From: Candidatus Dormibacterales bacterium
Lineage (GTDB): Bacteria > Chloroflexota > Dormibacteria > Dormibacterales > Dormibacteraceae
Reading direction: 5' to 3'
NCBI GenBank assembly: GCA_044450465.1
Contig: JBIOJB010000001.1
Location: 5,815 to 69,814, forward strand
DNA: 64,000 nt
Below the pieces are notes generated by a model. It was given only the letters and a program-made list of their open reading frames with translations, ran no database searches and had not been told where the DNA came from. A program made the position numbers and the translations under genes. Position 1 is the first letter of the stretch. Every line of letters begins with the position of its first letter. This document shows positions 55,252 through 64,000 of this stretch, piece by piece.

Positions 55252-56708
55252 GCCTTGGCTAGCTGTGGCGACGGAGGCTCGGCGACCGGGACGCCTTCCG
55301 GCTGCGGCTCGAACTGCATCTTGTCCATCACGAGCTGCTGCGGAACGGGCACCGGGTACGAGCCGTCGAAACAGGCGCGACAGAACTCCTGAGCCGTGCC
55401 CCGTCCGATGGCCCTCATCAGACCCGGTATCGAAAGATAGTGCAGGCTGTCGGCGCCAAGGTGAGCGCGAACCTCCTCGACGGTGCGGCCCGAAGCGATC
55501 AGCTCTTTCGTCGAGCCGATGTCGACTCCCATGAAGCACGGATAGCGCATGGGCGGGCTCGAGATGCGCATGTGGATCTCTCGGGCGCCCGCGGCGCGCA
55601 GTCGCTCGATGATCCGCCCTGACGTGGTGCCGCGCACGATCGAATCGTCGACGGCGATGATCCGCTTGCCCCTGATCGACCGCGGAAGGGGATTGAGCTT
55701 CAGCATCACTCCCGCCTCGCGCAGCGATTGGTCGGGCTGGATGAAGGTGCGGTTGATGTAACGGCTCTTCATCAGGGCCTCGCGAAACGGAATGCCGGAC
55801 GCCTCGGCGTAGCCGATGGCGGCGGGGGTGCCCGAGTCCGGGAACGCGACCACCATGTCAGCCTCGACAGGCGCTTCCTTGGCGAGCTCGTGGCCCATTC
55901 GGATCCGGGCGTCTTCGAGCTCGCAGTTTTTGAGGATCGAGTCCGGCCGGGCGAAATAGATGAACTCGAAGACGCACATGGCGTGCTTGTTCGAGGTCAT
56001 GAAGGTCAGGCTGTGAACGCCGTGCTCGTCCATCACCACCATCTCCCCCGGCTGGACCTCCCGGACGAAGTTCGCGCGCACCGTGTCCAGCGCGCAGGTC
56101 TCCGAGGCGATGACATGCGCCGGCTGGCCTGGGAGGGGTATGAAGCCGATGCACAGCGGCCGGAACCCGAACGGATCGCGAAGCGCGATCAGCTGGGTCG
56201 GCGTGATGATCCCGCACGAATAGGCGCCAACGACACGGGCGAAGGTGCGGCGGATGACGTCCTCCCACGTGCGGCCGTGGGTGTGCTCGATGAGCCTGGC
56301 CATGACCTCGGTGTCGAGGGCGGTGTCGAAGGTCGCGCCCTCGTCCTTCAGCTGGGCGCGAAGAGCCTCTGCGTTCAACAGGTTTCCGTTGTGAGCGATC
56401 GCGCCGGGTCCCAGGGTGGGATGGTGAAAGGGGAGCGGGTGCGCGTTCTCGGCCCGGCTGGCGCCGGTGGTCGAGTAGCGCGTGTGACCCAGCGCAAGGA
56501 TCGAGCCCTCGCCCAGGTCCCTGATCTGATCGGGCGAGAAGACGTGGGCGACGAGGCCCATGTCGCGGTGCACGCGCACGGAAGTCCCATCCGAGACCGC
56601 GATGCCGGCCGACTCCTGACCCCGGTGCTGCAGCGCGAAAAGGCCGAAGTAGGTGAGGTTGGCGACATCCACACCCTGCTTGGAGCAGATGCCGAAAACC
56701 CCACACAA
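55248..56708 (-). CDS. purF: Amidophosphoribosyltransferase
   Basis: The TTG start is followed directly by the Ntn nucleophile Cys (MCGVFGICSK). The PRPP motif is present (IIAVDDSIVRGTT). 486 aa. Confidence 0.92.
   Translation of the reverse strand: MCGVFGICSKQGVDVANLTYFGLFALQHRGQESAGIAVSDGTSVRVHRDMGLVAHVFSPDQIRDLGEGSILALGHTRYSTTGASRAENAHPLPFHHPTLGPGAIAHNGNLLNAEALRAQLKDEGATFDTALDTEVMARLIEHTHGRTWEDVIRRTFARVVGAYSCGIITPTQLIALRDPFGFRPLCIGFIPLPGQPAHVIASETCALDTVRANFVREVQPGEMVVMDEHGVHSLTFMTSNKHAMCVFEFIYFARPDSILKNCELEDARIRMGHELAKEAPVEADMVVAFPDSGTPAAIGYAEASGIPFREALMKSRYINRTFIQPDQSLREAGVMLKLNPLPRSIRGKRIIAVDDSIVRGTTSGRIIERLRAAGAREIHMRISSPPMRYPCFMGVDIGSTKELIASGRTVEEVRAHLGADSLHYLSIPGLMRAIGRGTAQEFCRACFDGSYPVPVPQQLVMDKMQFEPQPEGVPVAEPPSPQLAKA
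56668..56707 (-). repeat. Direct repeat copy 1 (purF codons 1-13, functional copy)
   Basis: The 40-nt sequence tccacaccctgcttggagcagatgccgaaaaccccacaca is identical to 56829-56868. Confidence 0.95.
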
Positions 56709-56828
56709 GGTCAGTCGATGCCCCTGGAGTCGCCCGGTTCACCCGGGCGACCCCCCGGACTCACTTTCTGTGTCGACGACGCAAACCAGAGGGGGGTCCG
56801 TGGGGGGATCCTGATCCCCCCGTGCCTT
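56708..56828 (-). repeat. 121-nt hairpin-rich insert between the two purF-start repeats (palindromic element copy B)
   Basis: Hairpins GGGGGGATC/GATCCCCCC (56802-56821) and TCGCCCGG/CCGGGCGA (56730-56750). The core at 56788-56826 is about 38/41 identical to 10549-10588. Confidence 0.85.
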
Positions 56829-56868
56829 TCCACACCCTGCTTGGAGCAGATGCCGAAAACCCCACACA
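56829..56868 (-). repeat. Direct repeat copy 2 (decoy purF start, heads a 52-aa mini-ORF 56869..56711)
   Basis: Identical 40-mer. It keeps GTG-TGT (Met-Cys) 22 nt downstream of the purL stop but reads into the insert and stops at TGA 56713-56711. Confidence 0.9.
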
Positions 56869-56891
56869 CGTCTAGCCGGACACCTTGTGCA

Positions 56892-59075
56892 CTAGCCCAC
56901 CGCTCCTTCCCAAGCTTGACGCATCTCGGAGAGGGAGAGCTTTAACTGACCCTCCAACTCCAGGAAGCCGCCGCCCGCGAGGCCGAGAAGCGAGATCTCG
57001 ACATTGTTGCGGCGGGCCAGTGACTGAACCTCCGGCATCGCTCGGGACGGCACGCTCACGATGAAGCGGCTCGGCGACTCCCCGAAAAACGCGGCGTCGA
57101 GGCGGAGCGGCGCCTCCGGCCTGAGGCCTGGGCACCGAACGCCGATCCCACCGAGCATGCAGCATTCCGCCAGCGCGACGAGCATGCCCCCCTCGGCGCA
57201 GTCGTGGGCCGAATGCAGGAATCCGTGCTGGGCGGCAGCGAGCACCAGCCGACCGACGGCCCTTTCGCGCGACAGCTCCAGCGCGGGCGGCGGTCCCTGG
57301 ACCGTGCCGTGCTCGACCTTCATGTACTCGCTGCCGCCGAGATCGTTGTGGCTCGAGCCGACGAGGAGGACGAAATCGCCCTCGGCGCGAAATCCCGCGC
57401 CGAGCGCCCGGTGATAGTCGTCGATCAACCCGATCATGCCGACCACCGGTGTCGGAAAGATGGCTACGTCACCGGGCGATTCGTTGTACAGGCTGACGTT
57501 TCCGCTCACGATCGGCACCTCGAGCGTCCTGCACGCCTGCGCCAGCCCTTGGATCGTCTCCTCGAGCTCCCAGTACACCTCCGGCCTGTCCGGGTTGGCC
57601 AGGTTCAGACAATCCGTGACGGCGAGTGGCCTGGCGCCGGTCGCGATGATGTTGCGCGCGGCTTCAGCCACCGCGAGCTGGGCCCCGGCGTGGGGGTCGA
57701 GATGGCAGTAGCGCGAGTTGCAGTCGGTCGTCATCGCAAGCCCCAGCTGCGTGCCCTTGACCCTCAGCACCGCCGCGTCGCCGCCAGGCGCGACGACGGT
57801 GGCGTCGCCGACCATGTGGTCGTAGCGCCGAAAGACGCCCCTTTTGCTGCTGAGGTTCGGGCTCGCGAGCAGGCGCAGAAGCGTGGCGCCCGGATCCACG
57901 ATGGGCGGGACGGAAGTGACGTCAAGCCGGGCCGCGACGGCCCGGGCGACACCGACCAGACGCCGTGGAGGCGCGCCGTCCGTGAGCAGCTGTACGGGCA
58001 GCCTGGCCACTTCGTCCCAGCCGTCGAAGACAGTCAGATGGCCGTCGTCGGTCACCTCGCCGATCACGGCCGAAGCCAGGTCCCAGGTGCCGAAGATCAG
58101 CTCGACCTCCTCCTCGCGGCCGCGCTCAACGACGACGAGCATCCGCTCCTGCGACTCCGAGAGCATCACCTCGTAAGGCGTCATCGCCCGTTCGCGGCGC
58201 GGCACCTTCGCCACATCGATCCGCGCGCCCGCGCCCGGGACGCGCGCGGCGCACTCCGCCACCGATGAGGTGAGGCCGGCCGCACCGAGGTCCTGGAGCG
58301 CAAGCACCGCGGTCGTCTGCTGGAGATCCATGCAGGCTTCGAGCAGGCATTTCTCGAGGAACGGGTTGCCCACCTGGACCGCCGGCCGGCGCTCGGCGCT
58401 CGTCTCGTCGAGCTCGAGCGAAGCGAACGAAGCGCCGTGGATCCCGTCGCGCCCGGTGTCAGCGCCAACCAGCAGAATGCTGTTGCCCGTTCCTTCAGCT
58501 CGGGCTCGCATCAGGCGATCGACCCGCACCAGACCGACGCACATCGCGTTGACGAGCGGGTTCTGCGCGTAGCACTCGTCGAAATAGACCTCGCCGCCAA
58601 CGGTCGGGATGCCGATGCAGTTGCCATAGCCACCGATCCCAGCGACCACGCCTTCGAAATGATGGCTCGAGCCGGGGAGGGGTCCAAAACGAAGCGAGTC
58701 GAGCAGCGCGACCGGCCGAGCGCCCATCGCCACGACGTCACGGATGATTCCCCCGACCCCGGTGGCTGCGCCTTGAAACGGCTCTATCGCCGAGGGGTGG
58801 TTGTGCGACTCGATCTTGAACACCGCGGCCCAGCCCTCGCCGATCGTGACGGCACCCGCATTCTCGCCGGGGCCCTGCAGAACGGCGGGTCCGGTAGACG
58901 GAAGGCGGCGGAGCAGGGCTCGCGAGCTCTTGTATGAGCAGTGCTCGGACCAGAGGACTCCAAGCATTCCCAGCTCCACCTCGTTGGGGGCGCGCTTGAG
59001 CCGCTCGACTATGACCCTGTATTCGTCGGAAGTGAGGGCGACCTCACGAAGCCGCCGCTCGTCGATCACCTCCAC
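56892..59075 (-). CDS. purL: Phosphoribosylformylglycinamidine synthase subunit PurL
   Basis: [11 protein letters not shown] motif and a ~730-aa FGAM synthase II layout. The start is ambiguous. GTG 59075 leaves a 16-nt spacer after purQ. ATG 59150 or 59159 would overlap purQ by about 60 nt. Confidence 0.9.
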   Translation of the reverse strand: MEVIDERRLREVALTSDEYRVIVERLKRAPNEVELGMLGVLWSEHCSYKSSRALLRRLPSTGPAVLQGPGENAGAVTIGEGWAAVFKIESHNHPSAIEPFQGAATGVGGIIRDVVAMGARPVALLDSLRFGPLPGSSHHFEGVVAGIGGYGNCIGIPTVGGEVYFDECYAQNPLVNAMCVGLVRVDRLMRARAEGTGNSILLVGADTGRDGIHGASFASLELDETSAERRPAVQVGNPFLEKCLLEACMDLQQTTAVLALQDLGAAGLTSSVAECAARVPGAGARIDVAKVPRRERAMTPYEVMLSESQERMLVVVERGREEEVELIFGTWDLASAVIGEVTDDGHLTVFDGWDEVARLPVQLLTDGAPPRRLVGVARAVAARLDVTSVPPIVDPGATLLRLLASPNLSSKRGVFRRYDHMVGDATVVAPGGDAAVLRVKGTQLGLAMTTDCNSRYCHLDPHAGAQLAVAEAARNIIATGARPLAVTDCLNLANPDRPEVYWELEETIQGLAQACRTLEVPIVSGNVSLYNESPGDVAIFPTPVVGMIGLIDDYHRALGAGFRAEGDFVLLVGSSHNDLGGSEYMKVEHGTVQGPPPALELSRERAVGRLVLAAAQHGFLHSAHDCAEGGMLVALAECCMLGGIGVRCPGLRPEAPLRLDAAFFGESPSRFIVSVPSRAMPEVQSLARRNNVEISLLGLAGGGFLELEGQLKLSLSEMRQAWEGAVG

Positions 59076-59091
59076 GCTTTTCGCGCTCGGC

Positions 59092-59796
59092 TCAAGAGAC
59101 CAGGACCTTGAGCGCGCTCTCCGCGACCGACTGGAACAGTTTCCGGCCATCCGTGCCACCCAGCTCCGGTTCCGAGCATCGCTCCGGGTGAGGCATCATC
59201 CCCAGCACGTTGCCCCGGGCGTTCACGATTCCCGCGATGTTGTGGAGTGAGCCGTTTGGGTTGGCGGCCTGCGTGACGCGGCCTGATGAATCGCAGTAGC
59301 GGAACACGACCTGGCCGCGCTGCTCAAGCTTTGAAAGCGTCGCGGGATCGGCGAAGTAATTCCCTTCACCGTGCGAGATGGGAATCCGCAGCACCTCGTG
59401 CTCATCGCATTTAGAGGTGAATGCGAGGTCGGTTCTCTCCACGGCAAGGTGGGTCCACTCACAGCGAAACTCCAGCGAGGCGTTGCGAAGGAGCGCACCT
59501 GGCAGCAGTCCCGCTTCGCAGAGAATCTGAAATCCGTTGCAGATCCCCCAGACCAGACCGCCCCGGTCGGCGAACTCGCTGATCCGCTCCATCACCGGGG
59601 CGAAGCGAGCGATCGCTCCGGTGCGCAGGTAATCGCCGTAAGCGAAACCGCCGGGCAGGATGATGCAGTCGCAGCCTTTGATGTCGGCATCCTTGTGCCA
59701 GAGGTACCGGAGCTCGGCGCCCAGGACCTGGTTGACGACCCAGCCGCAGTCGCGGTCGGACCACGTGCCCGGGAAGACTACTACGCCGAACCTCAT
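59092..59796 (-). CDS. purQ: Phosphoribosylformylglycinamidine synthase glutaminase subunit
   Basis: Start re-set to ATG 59796 ([16 protein letters not shown]). GICNGFQIL catalytic Cys motif and HPER near the C-terminus. Confidence 0.9.
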   Translation of the reverse strand: MRFGVVVFPGTWSDRDCGWVVNQVLGAELRYLWHKDADIKGCDCIILPGGFAYGDYLRTGAIARFAPVMERISEFADRGGLVWGICNGFQILCEAGLLPGALLRNASLEFRCEWTHLAVERTDLAFTSKCDEHEVLRIPISHGEGNYFADPATLSKLEQRGQVVFRYCDSSGRVTQAANPNGSLHNIAGIVNARGNVLGMMPHPERCSEPELGGTDGRKLFQSVAESALKVLVS

Positions 59797-59882
59797 GCTA
59801 CTGACCACGCTCGAAGGCACCGCGGGGTCCCCGCGAAATCGCAGATTTCGTGGCGTGCGAAGCCTACTACGCCAAATCTCAC
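59793..59882 (-). repeat. 90-nt purS-purQ junction insert forming a 29-aa bridging mini-ORF
   Basis: GTG 59882-59880 overlaps the purS TGA (GTGA). TGA 59795-59793 overlaps the purQ ATG (ATGA). The first 24 nt are 20/24 identical to the purQ 5' end. Palindromes lie at 59821-59835 and 59834-59850. Confidence 0.8.
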
Positions 59883-60142
59883 TGCCGTGCTCCCGACCGG
59901 ATGTCGAAGCGGAAGTCTTCGATCACGTGGTTGGCGAGCAGCTTGTCGCACATCGCTTCGACGCGCTTTCTCGCCTCCAGCTCGTTGGCCACGTCAAGAC
60001 TCACCTCGATGTACTTGCCGACCCTGACCTCGGAGACCTCGCCGAAGCCAAGCGACGCCAACCCATTCTTGACGGTGATCCCCTGCGGGTCGTTGACGAT
60101 GGGCTTTGGGGTCACCACCACTCTTGCAGTGAAACGACTCAA
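59879..60142 (-). CDS. purS: Phosphoribosylformylglycinamidine synthase subunit PurS
   Basis: 87 aa, [28 protein letters not shown], typical of PurS. The TTG start lies 1 nt after the purC stop. Confidence 0.88.
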   Translation of the reverse strand: MSRFTARVVVTPKPIVNDPQGITVKNGLASLGFGEVSEVRVGKYIEVSLDVANELEARKRVEAMCDKLLANHVIEDFRFDIRSGARQ

Positions 60143-60143
60143 A

Positions 60144-61067
60144 TCAACGCTCGTTTCTCGGTTTGGGTGGGAAGAGCGGCTTGCCGACCAGGCGCTGATA
60201 TGCCGTCAGGTACCTCTGGCGCGTCTGCTCGACCACGTCGTTGGGCAGCTGCGGGGGGTCGGACTTCTTGTCCCAACCAGATCGGTCCGAGAGCCAGTCA
60301 CGAATGAACTGCTTGTCGTAGGAATCCGGCGAGATTCCCACCCGATACGTGGCCGCCTCCCAGTAACGTGAGCTGTCGGGCGTGAGCGCCTCGTCGATGA
60401 GGATCAGGTCTTCGCCGATGAGGCCAAATTCGAATTTCGTATCGGCAAGGATCAGGCCTTTCTTAAGGGCGAGATCGGAGGCGAACTTGTAGACCTCGAG
60501 GCTGGCGCCGCGAAGCTTGCCCGCCAGCTCTTCCCCGAGCTGATCCTTCACGGTTTCGAACGTGATGTTCTCGTCGTGACCCGTCTCAGCTTTCGTCGCG
60601 GGAGAGAAGATCGGTTCGACGAGCTTCTGGCTCTGCAGCAGTCCGGGCGGCATTTCGTCCCCGGCCAGAGAGCGCGTCTCCTGGTACTCCTTCCAGGCGC
60701 TTCCGGCGAGATAGCCGCGCACCACGCACTCGAAGTCGATTCGCTTTGCCTTCCTGACGATCATGAAGCGGCCCGCCAGCTCGTCCCGGTGGGCCTTCAG
60801 CTCCTCGGGCAGGTCCGGCACCATGCCCGAGATCAGGTGGTTCGGCTGGAACGTGTCGGTCTGCGAGAACCAGAAGATCGAAAGCTGTGTCAGCACCTTG
60901 CCGCGGTCGGGAATGCCGTTCGGCAGGGAGTAATCGAATGCCGAGATGCGGTCAGTGGTCACCATTAGCAGGCGATCCGCATCGAGCTCGTAGGTGTCGC
61001 GGACCTTGCCGCGTGAAAAGAGTTTGAGGGGCAGCTCGGTCCCCATCACCGCGGGTCCGGCGATCAT
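60144..61067 (-). CDS. purC: Phosphoribosylaminoimidazole-succinocarboxamide synthase
   Basis: SAICAR synthetase pattern (GKVRDTYE, ILADTKFEFG). ATGA overlap with the purB stop. Confidence 0.92.
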   Translation of the reverse strand: MIAGPAVMGTELPLKLFSRGKVRDTYELDADRLLMVTTDRISAFDYSLPNGIPDRGKVLTQLSIFWFSQTDTFQPNHLISGMVPDLPEELKAHRDELAGRFMIVRKAKRIDFECVVRGYLAGSAWKEYQETRSLAGDEMPPGLLQSQKLVEPIFSPATKAETGHDENITFETVKDQLGEELAGKLRGASLEVYKFASDLALKKGLILADTKFEFGLIGEDLILIDEALTPDSSRYWEAATYRVGISPDSYDKQFIRDWLSDRSGWDKKSDPPQLPNDVVEQTRQRYLTAYQRLVGKPLFPPKPRNER

Positions 61068-62371
61068 CGCGTCGTCACGGTGAGGCTAAGCCGCTCGTAA
61101 GCGATCTCGGTGTGTTCGAGCCCGGCCCAGGGATCGAAGACCTCTTCCAACTTGGCGCCGATTCGTTTCATCACTTGCTCATCCTTCTCGAGAAGGGCCC
61201 GGAACCCGGGGCCCTTGCCATCTAGTGCCTGCATGGCCGCCTTTTGAACTATGAGGTATGCATCCTCTCGCGAGAGGCCGCTCTCGACGAGGGCAAGCAG
61301 GACGCGCGACGAGAACACGACACCCCCGCCGAACTGCAGGTTCGCAAGCATCCGGTCTGGCCGCACCTCCAGGCCCTCGAGGACCCTGGCCATCTCCAAC
61401 GCCATGTAGTCGACGGCCGCGCACGCGTCAGGAAAGATGACCCGCTCTGCCGACGAGTGGCTGATATCGCGCTCGTGCCACAGCGCTGTGTTCTCGAGTG
61501 CCGTCGTGAGATGGCCGCGCACGACTCGCGCCAGGCCACACACCCTCTCGGTCAGCACCGGGTTGCGCTTGTGAGGCATCGCCGAGCTTCCCTTCTGCTC
61601 TTTGCCAAACGGCTCGAAGGCCTCCCCGACCTCGCTTCGCTGCAGATGCCGGATCTCGGTGGCGATCCTCTCCAGGGTGCCCGCGGCCAAGGCCAGGGCG
61701 GCCATGAACCCGGCGTGGCGGTCCCGTGCGACCACCTGCGTGGAGACGGTGTCGGGCTCCAGGCCCAGCTGGCGGCACACGTGCTCTTCGATCTTCGGGT
61801 CGACGGTGGCATGAGTGCCCACCGCCCCGCTGACCCGACCCACCGCCGCGTCGGCCGCGGCTTGCTCGAGCCGGGCGATGGAACGGTCCAGCTCGGCCAC
61901 CCAGCCGGCGACCTTGAAACCGAAAGTCGTCGGCTCGGCCACGATGCCGTGCGTCCTGCCCGCCATCAGCGTGCGGCGGTGGTTGAGCGCGAGGGCCGCC
62001 GCGGCGGCTCTAACCTGGCCCATGTCCTTGGTGATGATTCGGGCCGACTCGACCATCTGCACCGCCATCGCCGTGTCGTTGAGGTCCTGGCTCGTCATCC
62101 CGAGATGGACGTAGCGCGCCTCCGGCTGGCCGATCGACCTGTTCAGGACGGTCAAGAACGCGATGACGTCATGGCCAACCCGGGTCTCCTCGGCCGCTAT
62201 CTCGGCCGCATCGAACGTGCCCTGCCGGATCCGGGGTAGGGCCGATTCGGGGATGCGCCCCAGCGCCGCCCACGCTTCGCAGGCGAGCACCTCGATGCGC
62301 AGCCAGAGCTCGAACCTGTGCTGCTCGGACCAGACCGCCCGGATTGCAGGCGGCGAGTATCGCTCGATCAA
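61064..62371 (-). CDS. purB: Adenylosuccinate lyase
   Basis: TTG start with N-terminus MIERYSPPAIRAVWSEQHRFELW. SSAMPHKRNP signature. Confidence 0.92.
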   Translation of the reverse strand: MIERYSPPAIRAVWSEQHRFELWLRIEVLACEAWAALGRIPESALPRIRQGTFDAAEIAAEETRVGHDVIAFLTVLNRSIGQPEARYVHLGMTSQDLNDTAMAVQMVESARIITKDMGQVRAAAAALALNHRRTLMAGRTHGIVAEPTTFGFKVAGWVAELDRSIARLEQAAADAAVGRVSGAVGTHATVDPKIEEHVCRQLGLEPDTVSTQVVARDRHAGFMAALALAAGTLERIATEIRHLQRSEVGEAFEPFGKEQKGSSAMPHKRNPVLTERVCGLARVVRGHLTTALENTALWHERDISHSSAERVIFPDACAAVDYMALEMARVLEGLEVRPDRMLANLQFGGGVVFSSRVLLALVESGLSREDAYLIVQKAAMQALDGKGPGFRALLEKDEQVMKRIGAKLEEVFDPWAGLEHTEIAYERLSLTVTTR

Positions 62372-62411
62372 GAAGGGCGACCGCTCCCAATTAACACTGG
62401 GGGACGCCCGA

Positions 62412-62417
62412 ATTATA
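62412..62417 (-). promoter_or_regulatory. Candidate -10 hexamer TATAAT upstream of purB
   Basis: A perfect TATAAT on the minus strand lies 40 nt upstream of the purB TTG, in an otherwise GC-rich spacer. I see no convincing -35. Confidence 0.35.
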
Positions 62418-62568
62418 AGGTTCGCCGTTCAACCAGATGTTGGGACGGCGACCAGAACGAGCCCCAGATGCTGTGCCGATCCAGGGCAGCCTGGTGGGTG
62501 AGTGGCCCCGGCTCGATAATCGGTGCGGCTGATGCGCAAACGTCGTAACCACCCTGACCGCTCCCCCG

Positions 62569-63150
62569 TTGGTTCTGAAGCAGGCTGAACGGCCAGTGAG
62601 CTACCCGTCGCGCGACGACGAGCCCGAGCTTGTCGCGCGAGCCAAAGGGGATCCCGCGCAGTTCGGGGCGCTCTACGACAGGCATTTTCAGCAGATCTAC
62701 AGGTTTGTGTATTCAAGAGTGAGGGAGCAGACAGCGGCAGAGGACGTTACTTCTGAGGTCTTCATGAAGGCGCTCAAGGCCATACCCCGATACCAGGACA
62801 CGGGTCGGCCGTTTGCTGCCTGGCTGTACCAGATCGCGGTCAATGCGATCGCCGACCGTTACCGAACTCAGCGCTCGGCGCAGCCGCTCGATGACTTTCA
62901 CGATCTGTCGGTGGCGGGGCCGGCCCTCGAAGATCTGGCCGCGCATCGCGACGAGATGCGCCGGATCTGGGCGCTCGTTGAGCAGCTTCCGACGCAGCAG
63001 AAGACCGCGCTGGTGCTCAAGTTCCAGGAGGACATGAAGATCGAGGACATCGCGGTGGCCATGGGCAAGTCCCCGGGGGCCGTGAAGCTCCTGATCCACC
63101 GCGGGGTCAGCCATCTTCGAGACGAAGCCGAGGCTCTGAGGCCGCAGTGA
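62569..63150 (+). CDS. ECF-type RNA polymerase sigma factor
   Basis: Sigma-2 (FGALYDRHFQQIYRFVYSRV) and sigma-4 (MKIEDIAVAMGKSPGAVKLLIHRG) regions are present. Start at TTG 62569 or in-frame GTG 62596. Confidence 0.88.
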   Translation: MVLKQAERPVSYPSRDDEPELVARAKGDPAQFGALYDRHFQQIYRFVYSRVREQTAAEDVTSEVFMKALKAIPRYQDTGRPFAAWLYQIAVNAIADRYRTQRSAQPLDDFHDLSVAGPALEDLAAHRDEMRRIWALVEQLPTQQKTALVLKFQEDMKIEDIAVAMGKSPGAVKLLIHRGVSHLRDEAEALRPQ

Positions 63151-64000
63151 GCTCGCACCACGACCCCGAGCTCGATGACGTGCTCCAGGACAGCGAGCTG
63201 ATCCGGCTGGCTCGGCTCCTGGGCTCTGCAGAACGGGGCGATCCACTACTCGACCTGGCGTTCAGATCGGCGCTGCGCCGACAGCTCATGCAGCAGGCCG
63301 ACCTCATGAACGCACGCCGGGCCGCGGGCTGGCGACGCCTGTTTGCCCCGGCCAACCTGGCGTGGGCGGGCGCTGCCGTCGGGCTGCTGCTCATCGCCTC
63401 GGTGGTGGTCTTCAGCATGCTTCAGCAGCCAGCCATCGTGAATCAGCTCGTGGTGAGCAGCGCGATCAACGGCAGCCAGGGTGTCCAGCTCAAGCAGCCG
63501 ATCCTGGTCTCGTTCAATCAGCCGATGGATCAGGCCGCCACCCAGGCTTCGATCCAGGTCACCCCTGCCACCAATGTCACCTATTCCTGGCAGGACAGCA
63601 ACACGCTCGTGATCCAGCCGATCAGCGGAAACCTGGCGCCGAACACCCAGTACCAGGTCACCGTCGGCCCCGGCGCCAAGACCACTGCCAACGTGACGCT
63701 CGCAACCCAGCAGACCATCACCTTTGTGACCCAGCCTCAGACGCCGCCAACCCCGTCGCCCTCGCCGTCGCCGACACCCGGTCCGCTGGTCAGCGGTGAG
63801 AAGCAGCTGGCCACCGTGGGCAGCGCCACCCCCGGTACGGTGCAGTGGTCGCCCGACTCGGCCAGCGTCTACTTCGTGACCTCGACGGGTTCGCTCGACG
63901 CCGTTCCGGCCAAGGGCGGATCGGTCACGGTCATCGCGCCGGATGCGGTCACGTCGCAAGCTCTTTCGCCGGCCGGTGATAGGCTGGCTTACGTCCGCGG
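63147..64000 (+). CDS. Putative anti-sigma / membrane protein with Ig-like and TolB-type (PD40-like) extracytoplasmic region (3' end outside window)
   Basis: Not in the ORF track because it has no stop in the window. GTG 63147 overlaps the sigma stop (GTGA). My translation is MSSHHDPELDDVLQDSELIRLARLL...one TM (WAGAAVGLLLIASVVVF)...Big_5-like segment...PTPSPSPSPTP linker...LSPAGDRLAYVR. Confidence 0.65.
   Translation, partial: MSSHHDPELDDVLQDSELIRLARLLGSAERGDPLLDLAFRSALRRQLMQQADLMNARRAAGWRRLFAPANLAWAGAAVGLLLIASVVVFSMLQQPAIVNQLVVSSAINGSQGVQLKQPILVSFNQPMDQAATQASIQVTPATNVTYSWQDSNTLVIQPISGNLAPNTQYQVTVGPGAKTTANVTLATQQTITFVTQPQTPPTPSPSPSPTPGPLVSGEKQLATVGSATPGTVQWSPDSASVYFVTSTGSLDAVPAKGGSVTVIAPDAVTSQALSPAGDRLAYVR

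Noticed and set aside
59076-59159. A third case of non-canonical initiation at purL. SLEPSAKS upstream of GTG 59075 resembles the N-terminus I recall for Bacillus PurL.
   Set aside because: In-frame ATG codons exist at 59150 and 59159, so a canonical if overlapping start is available. My recollection of the Bacillus N-terminus is also not firm enough.
62372-62620. Possible ZTP (pfl) or purine riboswitch in the purB leader. The minus strand contains GGGGAGCG and CACUGGCC, reminiscent of the ZTP conserved blocks.
   Set aside because: I could not build the required P1/P2 helices or the CCGCCUGGGC-type 3' pseudoknot partner. Part of the candidate also lies inside the divergent sigma-factor coding region. 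It needs cmsearch with RF01750/RF00167 before any claim.

Overview
High-GC bacterial chromosomal segment, densely coding (about 68 CDS, mostly on the minus strand). I found no rRNA, tRNA, CRISPR array, transposase or integrase. The content is mainly core metabolism. There is a complete de novo purine operon purB-C-S-Q-L-F-M-N-H (62371 down to 52198, minus). There is a pyrimidine operon pyrB-pyrR-carAB-pyrK-pyrD (49103 down to 41656, minus), with carA and carB fused into one 1448-aa ORF and a PyrR-type CAGAGA hairpin on the pyrB ribosome-binding site. Other housekeeping genes are pdxS-pdxT, ispH, folE, ilvE, tmk-darA and holB. A phosphatidylinositol/PIM-type lipid cluster runs ArsR-ino1-two PatA-like acyltransferases-pimA-CDP-alcohol phosphatidyltransferase. 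The rest comprises acyl-CoA dehydrogenases, a thiolase, three MFS transporters, a fused ABC ATPase-permease, two ECF sigma factors and several orphan proteins. Many long ORF-track entries are high-GC shadow frames or carry spurious N-terminal extensions, so I re-set starts from conserved N-termini and stop/start overlaps. The most unusual signal is a set of short hairpin-rich inserts sitting exactly at intra-operon gene junctions (acyltransferase/pimA, purL/purF, purS/purQ). Each is readable as one mini-ORF that begins at an upstream stop codon or at a duplicated copy of the downstream gene's start, and ends on or 2 nt before the downstream gene's start. Two of them duplicate the 5' end of the downstream gene (a perfect 40-bp duplication at purF). 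Two share a roughly 40-nt palindromic core. This resembles MIRU-like architecture but with a sequence I do not recognise. Secondary observations: a six-repeat GYWL/FPFGD putative propeller surface protein with a fused-looking topology, a HisA-like protein lacking the catalytic Asp, a PolX remnant without polymerase domain, an ECF sigma fused to a zinc anti-sigma motif, a low-GC GNAT islet, and two enzymes whose catalytic N-terminal motifs lie upstream of any canonical start codon.
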